A stretch of 63,832 nucleotides of DNA, counting the filler, from Reclinomonas americana ATCC 50394 (Eukaryota): NCBI GenBank assembly GCA_048213135.1. It is 9 parts of 3 records of this genome, joined end to end, with 100 filler letters (N's around TTAATTAATTAA, not from the genome) between each part and the next. Parts side by side here need not be neighbours in the genome. Positions count along the whole stretch, not along the records: positions 1 to 15,673 come from PS015036.1; 8 more parts are not named here. The stretch is one strand, 5' to 3'. The notes beneath the pieces were generated by a model, which worked only from the letters and a program-made list of their open reading frames with translations, made no database searches and had not been told where the DNA came from. Below are positions 1 to 13,600 of the stretch, piece after piece (within the stretch, counting starts at the first letter, position 1; every line of letters begins with the position of its first letter). The position numbers and the translations under genes were made by a program.

Positions 1-1258
1 CGACGGGATCGACTCCTGCTCCAGCGCACTCCACCGATCGTTGCGCAAACACCGCTGCGGAACGAGGCAATCTGCACCGCCACCCGCATGGCCTCGTCGA
101 GCGCCCGTTGCCCAGCCGGCGCCACGCGCGTCACCAGACCGCACTGGCGCGCCGCCTGCGCGTCCAGCTCGCACCCCGTCAGAATCATGTCCATGGCCAC
201 CGACATGCCCACCAGACGCGGCAGCCGCACAGTGCCTCCATCGATCAGCGGAACGCCCACTCGNNNNNNNNNNNNNNNNNNNNNNNNNNNNNNNNNNNNN
301 NNNNNNNNNNNNNNNNNNNNNNNNNNNNNNNNNNNNNNNNNNNNNNNNNNNNNNNNNNNNNNNNNNNNNNNNNNNNNNNNNNNNNNNNNNNNNNNNNNNN
401 NNNNNNNNNNNNNNNNNNNNNNNNNNNNNNNNNNNNNNNNNNNNNNNNNNNNNNNNNNNNNNNNNNNNNNNNNNNNNNNNNNNNNNNNNNNNNNNNNNNN
501 NNNNNNNNNNNNNNNNNNNNNNNNNNNNNNNNNNNNNNNNNNNNNNNNNNNNNNNNNNNNNNNNNNNNNNNNNNNNNNNNNNNNNNNNNNNNNNNNNNNN
601 NNNNNNNNNNNNNNNNNNNNNNNNNNNNNNNNNNNCCGGCAAAACACTCCGAACCGTGCCGTCTCGTCGCACACTCGCAGATCGGCCCACAGTGCCAGCT
701 CCAACCTGCAGCCCCGGAACTCAATGTGTTGCCTCGACATCTTTACGGCTTTCCCTCTCGTGGACTCACCCACCGGCGACAGCATAGCCCGACACGGCGG
801 CAATCACCAGCTTGCTCAGGCGCATCCGTGTCGGTCCCATGGGCCCCACTGGTGAGTTGATCTCCAGCAGGTTTGGTGTGCCCGCGGCCACGCCCTTCAG
901 ATCCGCTCCACTGTGCACGCGTGGGCGAGGAGGCACGCGAACGATAGAGAGATCACAAAAAAAAAGCCGAACACACACCTGCAAAAGGTCCCGTGTCGAC
1001 CATGCAAAATGGCCACAGAGAAGCGCGGATCGCTATCAAACTCGGTAAAGGCCGCAAAGAGCGCCTCGGCTGTCGCGCGATCGACAGCGTTCTTGCGCTG
1101 TAAGTAGTGACAACTTATGCATTAGCATTTTTCGCGCCATTCTTTCTCTCTCTGTGTGTGTCTTGCTGTGTCACCTCGGCTCGATTGATCTCCACGAGGA
1201 ACACAGGCGCCTGATCGCGAGTGACAACGACGCTGGCTTCTTGGTCGCCTGCGTGCAT
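1..1258 (-). CDS. Enoyl-CoA hydratase/isomerase (crotonase superfamily, PRK08259-like); spliced, 3'-partial
   Basis: Spliced translation MHAGDQEASVVVTRDQAPVFLVEINRAE|RKNAVDRATAEALFAAFTEFDSDPRFSVAILHGRHGTFCS|GADLKG...GPMGPTRMRLSKLVIAAVSGYAVAG|GLELALWADLRVCDETARFGVFCR[N gap]RVGVPLIDGGTVRLPRLVGMSVAMDMILTG. Three GT-AG introns. A 1-nt frameshift near 60-62 precedes PQRCLRNDRWSALEQ. Confidence 0.93.
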
Positions 1259-1327
1259 TTTGTTTGTCTGTCGAACCAACAGAGAGGCGCACTTTCGTTT
1301 AGTTTTTTTGCGCGCGTGTTGGGCGCG

Positions 1328-4300
1328 ATGGAGCTTGACAAGCTCGAAGGTTTGTGCATGGCATACACGCACATACACGAGAGCACGTTGACAAGAGAGA
1401 GAGAGTGTGTGTGCGCGTTTGTGTGAAAGTGGTGGCCATTGCGCGCTCACTCTTGTGTGTGTCTCACAGGCGTGGAGGCTGGTGTGCGATGCTTGACGCA
1501 CTGCCCGCCTGCACCATCGCGCGTGCTTGCTGCAGTCTTGTCGCCCTCACAGCAGCAGCAGCAAAGAGGACGACGCGACTCGTTGTCGAATCGACCAGGC
1601 GTGGCCTCGCCCAGTGCGATTGTGACGACGGCCGATGTGTCGGGAGTGGTGTGGGTGGCTGGTCGATCGGGAGGCTTGATTAACATTCTGAGCACGGTGT
1701 GTGTGTGTGTGCAGACTGGTGTGATTGCAATGATGGTGGTGACTCACTCACACACACATGCACGCTTGTGTGTGTGGTGCAGAACGGCGATCCACTGCAC
1801 TCGATTCACACGGGATCGACGCATGTGTTGTGTGCGGCATCGATTGGCAAGTATGTGTGGCTTGGATTGGCGAATGGGCAGGTGCGACATAGCCACTCTC
1901 TATCTCTTTGCCACACACACTCACTTGCCGCCGGCTGTGCGAAGGTGTCGGTGTACGAGGCCATGACGGGGGCGTTCATTCGGTTCCTGATTGGCGTGCG
2001 AGTCAAGGGCGGCATCAATTCGATTCTGCCCGTCGTCTCGTTCAATCATGTGGGCGATCCGTCGGGCGATGTGTGGCTGGCGTGCACCGATTGGAGCACG
2101 CGCATTGTGCACACGGACACGGAGCGCGAGACGCAGGTCATTCGTATGCACTCCAATCTGGTCAGCTGCCTGTGCAAGTCGGCAAAGTATGTTTTTAGTG
2201 GCAGCGCCGATCATGTGATTTTGTCGTACGACATTCGTACGCACGATGTGCTGTGTGCGTTGGAGGGACACGCCGATGCGGTGGTGGCGTTGTGTGTGGA
2301 CGAGCAGTTTCTGTACTCGTCGTCGGCCGATGGACGGCTCATGATTTGGGATGCTGAGGTGTGTGCAAGAACGGCAAAGTGAGCCCATGAGATCCTGTCC
2401 TCCTCACTGCCCCCCCTCCGCCCTCCCGCAGACATTTGAGCCGACGCACGGCGTGTGGATGTTTGAGCAGCCGGTGACCTCGTTGCTGTCGTTCACCGGT
2501 CTTTTGTGGTGTGGCTCGTACCAGCAGATTGCAATCATTGATGCACGGGTGCGTAGGCTGCTCTGCTTCTGCATTGCATGCTTTGACTGACACACACCGC
2601 GCAGAGCAATGTGGTCAGCAAGTCGCGTCAAGTATCAACGTCATGGGTGCTGTGCATTGCGGAAGTGTGTGAGTTGGTGTGGATGGGCGACGGCGAAGGC
2701 AATGTGCACGTGTGGAAGAGTGAGGTGCGTCTGTTTGCGAGCGACTCTTACGCCTTGCTTTCGACGCTGATGTATTGGTGCTTGTCAGCTGGAACTGGAG
2801 AGAACGCCGGCTTCGCCGGCGCCAGTGTGGATGCGGGCTGGCGCACGCTCGATTCCCGAAGACACGAACTTTGCTTTTCGTGCCAACCGCTCGCCTGGTC
2901 AGCACCGAAAGCAGCTGGGTCGAGCGGCCAGCACCTCCAGTATTGTTGCGTGCACTCCACCCGCACGATATTGTGCAGTGCATGTTGTGTGACATGTGGT
3001 TGTCTGTATATAGAGTGCCATGTCGTCGGCACGATCGGCGGCTGCCGAGTTCTCGGCGGAGCAAGTGGCGCTGGCTCGTCTGGCTGGACACGTGCTGTTG
3101 CGCGCCACACCCGACGTGGTGTGGAGTTTGACACGTGCCGGTGCAACAGCCACATTAGTGCGGTCGTCGGTGTGTGCTCCCGCCGCCGCTGTTCCAATCG
3201 TCTCCATTGCTTTGTTCCTCACTCGCTCGTCCACCACAGACTTGCGAACTGATCCAGCAGGTCGACATTCTCACTGGGCACGTCATGTGTGCGTGCACAG
3301 TGGGACCGTACGTGTGGACTGGACTCTTGAGTGGCGAGGTTCGATTTCACGTGTTCTCCACCCAACGAATGCTGGGCTCCGCTCGCTCACTCACGTCGGC
3401 TGGTTCACAGATTCCTGTCTATGACGCACACACGGGTGAATTTGTGCGCAAGCTGCGACACGCGCATGTACCTGGCGGAATATTATGCATGCTTGCCGAT
3501 GTGGAGGAGGGGCGCGATCGCAAACTGTCGGGAGTTTCGTCTCTTTTCCATATCTGCTGCAGTCGACACACACGCGTGTTCGCTGACAGCATTCTCGCAG
3601 AATGTGTGGATCGGTGGCGTCGACTGGGCGGTGCGCATCATTGCGCTGCCGTCGTGTCGCGAAGCACGTTGCATTCAGAAGCACTCCGATCGTGTCACGT
3701 GTCTAGCGGCGAATCGCGATTTCGTGTTCTCCGGCAGCGCCGACTGCTCCGTGTTTGTTCACGACAAGACGGTGCGCGCGCCGGTTGATTGGACTCCGCC
3801 CCCACATGTTGCGACTGACACTCGATTGTTTATTCGTCACAGACGGGTGCCGTGGTGCAGTCGTTTGAGGGCCACTTGTACCCCATCACCGCGCTGTTGT
3901 GTGTCGACGATTTGCTGTTCTCGGCTTCGGGTGACGGATACCTCATGGTGTGGAACTTGAAGGTGTGTTGCTCGTGGTCTTCCTTCACCTCCATCTTTCC
4001 TTACAGCTCAATGTGCATCGTTGACGCACAGACACTGCCGCTGCCGCAACCGCAACCGGGCGCCTGGCTGTTCCCCGACGCTGTCACTGCCATGGCATTT
4101 TTCGAGAACGAACTGTGGTGTGCACATGGCGAGCGCATCACGCTGATCGACATTGAGGTGCGTCTCGTCGCTTTGTCCACTCACTTGTGCCATTGCGTGT
4201 GCTCATGCGTGTTGGTGGACTGCAGTCGGGCACAGTGATTCGCTCGCATCGCTGCTCAACGTCGGCCATCATGTGCATGGAAGTGGTCGACGAGTACGTG

Positions 4301-4566
4301 TGGACGGCCAATCAGGAGTGCGAAGTGCAGACGTGGCGGGAGGTTTGTGCTGTGTGCTTCGTCATTTCAAAATGTATCCAGTCGTATTGATTGTGTTGCA
4401 GAGCTCGATGAGTAACTTCCCCTCATCGCCGCCGCCGGTGTGGACGGCGGCGGAGGACTTGCCGAATCGGTTTGTCGCGCTGACTGGAAAGAGCTTGACG
4501 GCCATGTTGGTGAGTTTTTCTGAGTCTGTGATGTCGTTCTAGCAGTNNNNNNNNNNNNNNNNNNNN

Positions 4567-4612
<46 letters not shown>

Positions 4613-7600
4613 CCTCCCTCTCTCTCTCTTTCTTACTCGCCCACTCTTCGTGATCCTCGCAGCGCCAACGCAAGGCCCGCATCCAGGAGCGTGCTGCCGC
4701 CGAGAGAGCAGCAGCAAGCGCCTCTGCGGGAAGTGCTGCTGCTGCTGCTGCCGCTCCTTCGCCGTTCGCATCGCCGGCCGTCAAGATCACGCCGCCGACG
4801 CCGTCTGCACCCATGACGCAGATGCAGTTTGAGATTGACGAAGAGCTGCCGGAGGCGTCGGCAGTGAGACGGCCACCGCTGCGCACCGCAGTGTCTGAAC
4901 CGAGTCTCGGGCTGGGCGTGCAGCGGTCACTGGAGCGCAGGGCCTCCGACGACGACGAGCTGATGCTCTCCGACAGCGGCTCCGAGGCCACCGAGGTCAC
5001 CGCCCCGGTAACTGTGGCGGCACCGTCGGCCGCCGTCGTGCCCGTGTTCACCACTGGCACCGATTTGTGGCTGATCGACCGCAGTGGCACACATGTGCAA
5101 GTTCATAACACGGTGGTGCGTCACTGCTGCTCACCCTTTTTCTTTGCACCTTCGCGCTGACGTGCCTCTCTCTCTCTCTCGACGCATGCCACCAGGACAA
5201 CTCTGTTCGCGTGGTTCCGATCGATTCACCGCGTGTCTTGTCTGCGGCGCTGGTCAGCGACCACGTGTGGTTGGGTTTGGAGAGTGGCCAAGTGGCCGTG
5301 CACGATGCCACCACGGTCGCCTTCCGTCGCCATCTCAGTCAAGTGTTTAGTGAGAACGGTGTTTTGTGCGTGTTGCCGGTGCCGAGTGCAGGCAGTGGCC
5401 ACGAGTGGAGACCTGCAGTTGCGCAACAACATCCACGGTCACCTCTTCTTCTTGTTCCTGCAGACCTCTGATGCTCTTCGCGTCCTTTGATGACAGACGG
5501 TGTGGCTCGGCGGTGCTGATAGCACGATTCGCGTGGTGGCGCAAAATACCGAGTCCATCATCCGCATTCGGCGCATCCATCGCGGTCCCGTGAACTGCCT
5601 GTGTTTCCATGGCAATTATCTGTGGAGCGGCAGTGCCGATTCGACCATTGTGGTGCACAATTTGACCACGGAGACGGAAGACTGCGTGCTGGTGGCGCAC
5701 GAGGATGCGATTGTCGACCTGCGGGCCGATGAGCGACATCTGTACTCGAGCTCTGCCGACTGCCGGCTGGTTGTGTGGCGGCGTAGCAGTCAGGGAGTTG
5801 CGTAGCTCGATGTGGCGTCTCAAGTCGAATTTCTGCGTACTGACTTTGGGACCACGCAGTCCATCTGCGAACCGATTCGCGAGTGGCGGTCACCGCTGCC
5901 ACTGACGACGCTGTGCCCGCGCGATCACACACTGTGGAGTGGCTCGCATCGCACGGTGCACGCGATCAGCGTCGACAGTTTGCGTGTGGTGGAGTCACAT
6001 GTGGTGTCGTCGGAGTGGGTGCTGCGAATATTACCGTCGAGCAGCGGTGGAATCTGCGTCGTCGATGGTGGTGCAGCGTTGCACTTTTTTGACGAAGAGG
6101 TCTGTCGGTATCGTTCCTCTGTGAGGCGCTTCAACGCAGTGCGTTCTTAACTGATTCGTGTGCAGCACGAGCACTTGGAGGAGACGGCGTCCGCCGCGTC
6201 GCTGCGCGAGATTCCAATGGAGCACGCGTGGTCGACGCAGCATTTCCAGTTGTGCTCGTCGCGTGAGGAGGTGGTGTTGCCGGCGGACCGCGAGCATTTC
6301 TCTGCGTTTGCCACACAGACCATTGGACTCGCGCCGCTGCCGGCCGGCGAGCATCATCACAATGGCGACGTGGAGCAGGCCGAGGCGGTTGACGATGAGA
6401 TCGAAGTACACGTGTCGGCATCCCCCGTGGCAGGGTCGGCAGCCGTAGCCGCCATGCGAGATCGACAATCGGCTGCCGAGGACACGCCAGCCCCGCGCAT
6501 CACGTCACCGCAAGGCCGGCATCAGCGACAATCGTCACCACCCGACCGAATCCGAACAACCATGGGCGGTGACGACGAGAGCGGCGAACACGAGCTGGAG
6601 GTCGACGGTCCGCGCTCCTCCTTTGAGGATCAGCACAATGTCATTATGCAGCTGCGACAGACGTTGCTGGCCGCCGATTCACCCACGGGTCACTCGGCGG
6701 CACAACAGCAGCGCATTGCCGCGCTGCTTGATCGACTGGAGCAGTCGCGCCCGGCTCACCATCACGACGACGAGGACAGAGTCGCCGGCGCTGGCAGAGG
6801 CCAGAGTGCCGGCAGTGTTGCCGAGCGTCCGAGTCTGGACGACTCAACGCTGCAACGGTACCGTGAGCCGGCGGCGCCAGGCAGCACGACAGCAGCAGCA
6901 GCGGCGGCGGCAGCAGCAGCGGCAGCAGTCCAAGAGGAGCTGGAGGTTGCCAAGAGGGAGCTGTCCAGTAGCCTGGCTCGCCTGGAAACGCAGGAGATGG
7001 AGACCAAGTTGCGCGGCAGTGGTGATGTGTGTTTTGTCAACGGCGACAATATCTCACCTTTGTGTGTGTGTACACAGAAACGCGCTGGCCCGACTGCAAG
7101 CGCAGGTGGACGACGCACACCGAAAGGGTGCGGCGCGCGAGGCCGAGTTGCTGAGGCAGCTCGACGAGGCGCGTGGCCAGGTTCGCGAGCGCGATGCGCG
7201 CATCCGAGAACTGAGCACGCTGGTGGAGGCGGAGCGATCGGCGCGCAATCTGCTGGAAGACGAGCTGGCGGCCGAGCGAATCGCCAAGGAGTCTAATGCG
7301 AGTGGGGCGGCGCTCGCGCAGGAGAATGCTGAGCGGAAGCGCGCACAGCTGGTGGATGAACTCGACAAGGTACGAGGAGGTGGTGCTTTCTTCACCGACA
7401 GCGGTGGTGGTGGTCGCTCTTTGTACAAATGAACGAGCGAGTTGCCGCGGAACACGATAGTGGGGATCAGAGGGGGAGCGGGGCGCTGGGAGGGTGGTTG
7501 AGATGATGATGGTCGGCTCATGGTGTGTGTTGTTTTGTTGTTGTTTTCTCCCTTGTGGCGCATGTTGCACGTGCAGATGAGGAAGAACATGGAAGTCCAG

Positions 7601-10600
7601 GCAGCTGCACTTGTCGAGCTGGAGAGAGCACGTGATGAACTCAGCCAAGCACGCGAGCTTCTCGAGAGGACGGTCGGTGCGCAGCGGATCGAGCTGGCCT
7701 TGGTACGCGACGAGAACGAGAAGCACAAGGGCGAAATCGAAAATCAAAAGGTTTGTCGATCATCGTATGCATGCCAGCCACACAGAGCCGCAACGTCGCT
7801 GACAGACAATGGTTGATGTGACACGCAGGTGCTGCTGGCCGAGAGCCTCCGTGAACAGTACGATCTGCAGTTGCAGTTGGATCGGTTGCAGGCCTCGCTG
7901 GAGCAGCAGACACAGGCGTGCCGGCGAGCGCAGACGGACGCCGACGAGCTGCGGATCGCACACCACGAGCTCGGTGTTCTTGAGCAACAGACGGTGGCAC
8001 AGCGGGACGAACTTGCGCATGAGCGAGATGCACTGCTGCGCACGCGTGCCAATTTGGAGAAGGACCTCGAATCGGCGCACGCTCGCGTGGAGTCACTGGA
8101 GCGTGACAAGGTGCGATTGTCGGTGTTGCAGGAAAATCCAGTTTTCTTTGCTGGCACTCACTACGCGCACAGAACACGTGGATTCAGCAAGCCGACGAAG
8201 TGGCTCGTGAACGGGACACTGCCATCAAGGAGAAGGGCGCACTGGCACGCGAGCGACAAACCCTCGCACAGCAGTGTGAGATGCTGGAGGTTGAGCGTGA
8301 CAATGTGCTGGCCCAGAGGAACAAGCTGGAGACGCAGCTGAATGCCGTGTCTGGCTCCGAGCAGGAGGTGCGGCAGCGGGCGACTGCCACGGCGGAGGAA
8401 CTCGACACCCTGAAGCAACAGCACAGTGCCCTCGCCAAGCGTCTGGAGTTGTCGGAGGCGGCGGAGCACGAGGCACGCTCACTGATTGAGGTGCTGCGGC
8501 AGGACGCGGCGCAGCTGCGTGCCGACCTCAAAGTTGGTGTCGAGGAGCGCGAGCGTCTGTCACTCGATGCCACGCGATGGAGGTCGCAATCGGAGGAGTC
8601 GACGCGTGTTGGCGAGGTGAGGCGCGAGTTTATTTTTCCTCTTCCACTCCCTGCTTTGGTCACTCAATTATTGTGCACAGGATCTCCGCACGCAACTCGA
8701 CGCAGCTGGCAAGGAGCGCGACGGCCTGTCGGCCAAGCTGGTACAATTGGAGGCGTCCCTGCATGGCGTCAAGGAGGAACGCGATCAGCTCGATCAGCAG
8801 CTTGCCGCCGCGAACGAGGAGCGCCGCCGGCTGCGCAGCGATCTCGATGCCACCAGCCGCGCACGTGATGAACTGGTGCAACAACTGGCCGACGCTGCGG
8901 CAGCGCACAAGGACGCACTCGCCGCTGCGGCGGTGGAGCGAGATGGCCTGCAGCAGCAACTGCAGGCATTGGGCGACGAGTGCGCGCAGGTGCGCCAATC
9001 GCTGCGGGAGGCGTGTGATGAGCGCGACGCCGTCGCGGAGCAAATGGCAGCCAACGTGGCGGAGCATGAGCAGGAGGTGGATGGATGGCGCGCACAACAC
9101 CAGGCGATGCAGGAGGAGTTGGAGCGCATGCAGCACGGCGTGCAGACGAACAGCGCTGAGATGCAGAAGCAGCTGGCGCAACTCGACAGCGAGCGCACTC
9201 GCTTGCAGTCTGAGCTCGCCAAACAAACACAGGCGACGGTTGATGCTCAGGCTCACGCCAGCGCGCTCCAGCAGCGTGTCGATTCGCTGACCGAGAACTT
9301 GGCGACAAGCGAGGATTCTGTGCGTCGTCTGACGGAGGAGCTCACATCCTCCACGTCGGCGTGCGCCGATTTGCGACAAGCAATTGCCGACGTGGAACGT
9401 GAACGTGACGACCTGCAGTCGCTTGTGAACGAACTGCAGCGGGCGCGTGATTCCCTGCAAGCAGAGGCGGCTGGAGTCACTCGGGAACGTGACGCACTGC
9501 AGCAGCGCCTGGAGCAGAGCGCTGCTGATGCACACGCCGAGTCGGTGCGTCTGACGGAGCAGTTGAGCGCGTGTCACGCACAGCTGGCCGCGGCCGAGGC
9601 CGAGGTGGAGATGTTGCGGGAGGTCAAGGTGCATTTGGAGCAGCGAGTGGAGGCGGCCGCCGACGAGATCGCCTTGTCGGTGGTGGAGGTGGCGCGAACG
9701 AGTGGCGAACGCGACGCTGCTGCTGCTGATCGAGACCGCCTGAGCGCGCTCTGCGCGCACCTCGACTCTCAACTGGCGGCTGTGGATGCCGACAAGAGCA
9801 CGCTAGCCGCGTCGCTGTCGCGCTTGGCCGACGAAGTGCAGCAGCTGTACGAGGAGAAGGCGACCGTGGAGGAGCACTGTGCCGAGTTGCAGCGCAACTT
9901 GACCGCGTCTGTGACCGAGTGCGACCGACTGACGCGCAATGTGACCCGCACGGAGGCGCATGCCGCCACGCTCGAGCAGCGCCTAGAGGAGGAGGAGAAG
10001 AGCGTGCGTGACCTGCGAGAGGACAAGGAGGCCATTGGTCGTGAGCTGGTGCGAGTCAGCGAGGAGCGCGGTGCTGCCGAGGCGCGGGTGGAGGATTTGC
10101 AGGTGCGACTCGACGGCAGCGAACAGCAGGGCGCTGTACTGCAGGTGCGTTTGGACGAGGCGCTGCAGTCGGCCGACGAGTTGCGACGTTTGGTGGAGAC
10201 TCTGCGCGGCAGCAAGGAGTCGGTGGCCGACTCGCTGGCCTCACTTGACCGAGAGCACAAGCGCAGTGTCGACGAGCTGGCGTCGGCGCTCCGTCGTGTC
10301 GATGAACTTGAACGCGATCTGGGCGACACGCAAGCCACGTTGCGTGATGCGCAGGCCAACGGTGCGGCACTGGAGCAGCAGCTGATCGACGACAGGGAGG
10401 CACGCCGCAAGAGTGATGCACAGTGGGCGCAGCGGTCCGAGGCCGACAAGGCGTTGCATGTGGCGACGGTGACGCAGCTGCAGCGCGATTTGGAGTCGCG
10501 GGTGCACGAAGTGGAGACGCTGGCGTCGCGCTTGCAGAAGAGCGCGGAGGAGTTGTCCGCCACGCAGCTGGTGCTGGAGGAGAAGCGGCATGAGCTGGCG

Positions 10601-13600
10601 CAGGTACTGGCCGACTTGAAGCAGAAGACGAACGAGCTGCAACGACTGGACGCCGACTACAGCAGTGCCGTGGATCAGATGCAGCAGACCGACGCAGAGT
10701 GTGAACGGCTGGCGGCTGAGCTGGACGAGTGTCAGCGGCGCATGCGACTGGCTGCGGAGCAGGCGGCTCACGCACACGACGCCCGGGAGCGCGAGGTGCA
10801 GGCTCTCAACGATGAGATCGCCGTCCTCCGCGACGAGATCGACCGCTTGCTGACGGTGACGGCGCAAGAGCGCATGCAGCATGCGGCCGGCGCCGACGCC
10901 TTGCGCAACGAGGTGGAGCGCACAGTGGCGCAACTCGGCGAGGTCAGCCTGATGGAGCAGCGACTGCAAGCGGAGCTGCGAGTGGCCACCGGGCAGCTGG
11001 CATCAGCGCAGTCATTCCGACATCGCCAAGCGCAGCAGCATGAAGCTGCGGCGGCCGAGGCCGACGAGTTGCGGGTGCGCTACGAGGACGCAGTGCGTGT
11101 GTTGCGTGAGCAGGAGGCCGCGAGCAGTGAGACGAACGCCCAGCTGGACATGTCGCTGGAGCAGTCCGAACGACTGGAGCACGAAAAGAGGCAACTGAGG
11201 AGCCGTCTGGAGGCCACCATGTTGGAGCGTGACGCCGAGTCGTTGGCGCATGGCGAGACACGAGGCGCGTTGCAACACTTGCGTCAGCGCATGCAAGATG
11301 TGGAGGCTGAGCGAGCGGATCTGCATGCCCGAGTTCTCTCACTGCAACAACAGCTGGCGTCCTCGGAGGCCGCCTGTCGCGTGGCGGAGCAGCTGACCGA
11401 GAGCACACGCAAGCAGTTGGCCGACGCGGAGGCTCGTCACGCTCACGAGCAGGAGCGGACTCGTGCGGCGCACGAGAGCAGCCTGTCTGCCGAACGCGCT
11501 GCACGGGAGCACACCGAGCAACGGTACAACGAACAGAGTCGGCAGGTCGCCGACCTCGAAGCGGCGCTCCGCAGCAGTCGTGAGGCCGTCGATGCATCGC
11601 AGCGACAACTCGGCGAGCAGCTGGACAAGACGAGACAGGTGGAAGTCAGCCTGGCGGCGAGTACGCAGCGGTGTCGCGCCTTGGAGGGGGAGGCCGACGA
11701 GGTGCGAGAGGAGGCGGATCGACTGCGCGTGCGGCTGAGTGCGGAGGCGCAGAATGCCGAGGTGCAAGCGCAGGAGGTGCGCGACTTGCACATCACTGTG
11801 CAGGCGCTACGCCGGCAGTTGGAGCAGGAGACAGTGCGGCGCGCATCATTGGCTGCCGCCGCGGTCTCTCCTGGGAAGCTGGCCATGGCGAACGCCGAGC
11901 GCGACCAAGTGACCGAACGGTGCCGCGATCTGGAGGAGGCACTCACGGAGGCGGCCGCCGATCGTGGCACGCTGCAGGCAGACCTGACGGCCACGCAGGC
12001 CGACTTGGCGGACGTGCGTCAGCGCCTGGTGGACACGACCGTGGAGCGCGACACGTATCGCCGTCGCGCCGACGCGGCAGAACGCGAGCTGCTGGAGACG
12101 ACGCAGAATGTTGATGCACTGGAGCGCGAGCGCACGTCGGCGGTGGAGCGTGAGCGGTCAGTGTTGCGGCAGCGCGATGCGCTGCAGAGTCAGGTGCTGG
12201 AGCTGGAGCGCTCGCTGAGCGATTCCCTGGAAAAGTTGAGTGTGCTGCGCGACGACAATCGCCGTCTGCAGGCGCAAGTGGATTCGGCAGTGGATGAGCG
12301 CGACTACGCCGTGGCCTCCAGCACGCGTCTCTCCGATCTGTACGCCCTAGAGACATCGCAAGTCGAGGAACAGTTGCGGTCTCTGCGCGAGCGTCTGGAT
12401 CGAACCGAGGCGGAACTGGCTGCGGAGAGTCGGCGAGCGCACGAAGCGGAGAGGCAAGTGCGCGAGTCGGACGAGGCAACGCGCGAGGCGCAGCGTCAGC
12501 ACCGTCACACGCAGACGGAGCGTGAGCGGCTTGAATCCGAGTGTGCGACTTTGCGAGCGGAGCTGGCCGCGCATGCCGCCCGCTGGGACCACACCAAAGT
12601 GCAGTTCGAGGCTCTCTCGAGCAAGCATTCGTCGGCGGTGGAGCGCTACGAGGTGTTGGTGCGGGAGAACGAGCAGCTGACGCGCGACCATCGAGTGCTG
12701 GTGCAGGCGCAGGAGACGGCGGTGGCCGAACTGGCCTCGGCGTTTGTGGCGCGTGACACGGCATTGGCGCAGGCTGACCGGCTGCAAACGCAGCTGACCA
12801 GCAAGGAATCCGAGTTTAACGAGCTGCAGCGCACGGTGCAGGAGGTGACGGCGGAGTGTGCCGCCATGCAGACCGACTTTGTGCAGTTGCAGGTGAGAGC
12901 AAGTCGTCGTAAGATGTGTTCTTCCTCACTCACTCACCATGTGAATGTGGCGTGCACGCAACAGCGGGAACTGAGCGAGTTGCGTGAGCAGCGCGAGCGC
13001 GTGGCACACGAGCAGCGGCAGCTGTCGCACGCACGCGACGATTTGGAGACGCAGCTGCAGCGAAGCAAGGCAGACATGGAGCGGCGGGATGCAGCGTGGC
13101 GAGAGCAAGTGGCCGACTTGCAGAGCCGACTGGAATCGACGGTGGTGCGCTTCCAGAGCGAGAAGCGCGAGTGGTCCACCGAGCGCACCACGATGGAGGT
13201 GCGCCTGGCCTCGTTGGAGGTCGCAGTGCAGGACAAGGGTGTTGCACAGGATGAGATCGACCGGCTGCAACAAAAGCTGGAGGCGCACAAGAGCAAGCAC
13301 GACGAGCTGCGTGCGGAGATCTTGCGGCTCACCACCGAGAATGCCAGTTTGTCGACCGAGCGTGGCCGTCTGCAGGCGGAGCGTGCAACTCTGAAGGATG
13401 AGCGCGAGGTGCTTCACAGCCATCATCATCACCTTCACCACTGCTGCTTTGTCGTTGCTCACTATTTTTTCTTTTGCTTGCACAGCGTCTGGAGGTGGCC
13501 CGTCGGGAGGCGGTGGAAGACGGCGATCGGCGCCTGAATGAGTTGGCGCAGGAGTGTTCGCGACTGCGAGCGCAGCTGCGGTCACTGGCCACCGACCGCG

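Noticed and set aside
58-63. Frameshift in the enoyl-CoA hydratase (possible pseudogene or programmed frameshift)
   Set aside because: One base is missing at a short TT/CC run in an apparently 454-type assembly and the rest of the gene is well conserved; most likely a homopolymer error.
5797-5859. In-frame TAG between two same-frame WD40 ORFs, suggesting stop readthrough or an alternative genetic code
   Set aside because: The TAG lies inside a 63-nt GT-AG intron. TAA, TAG and TGA all terminate genes normally in this window.
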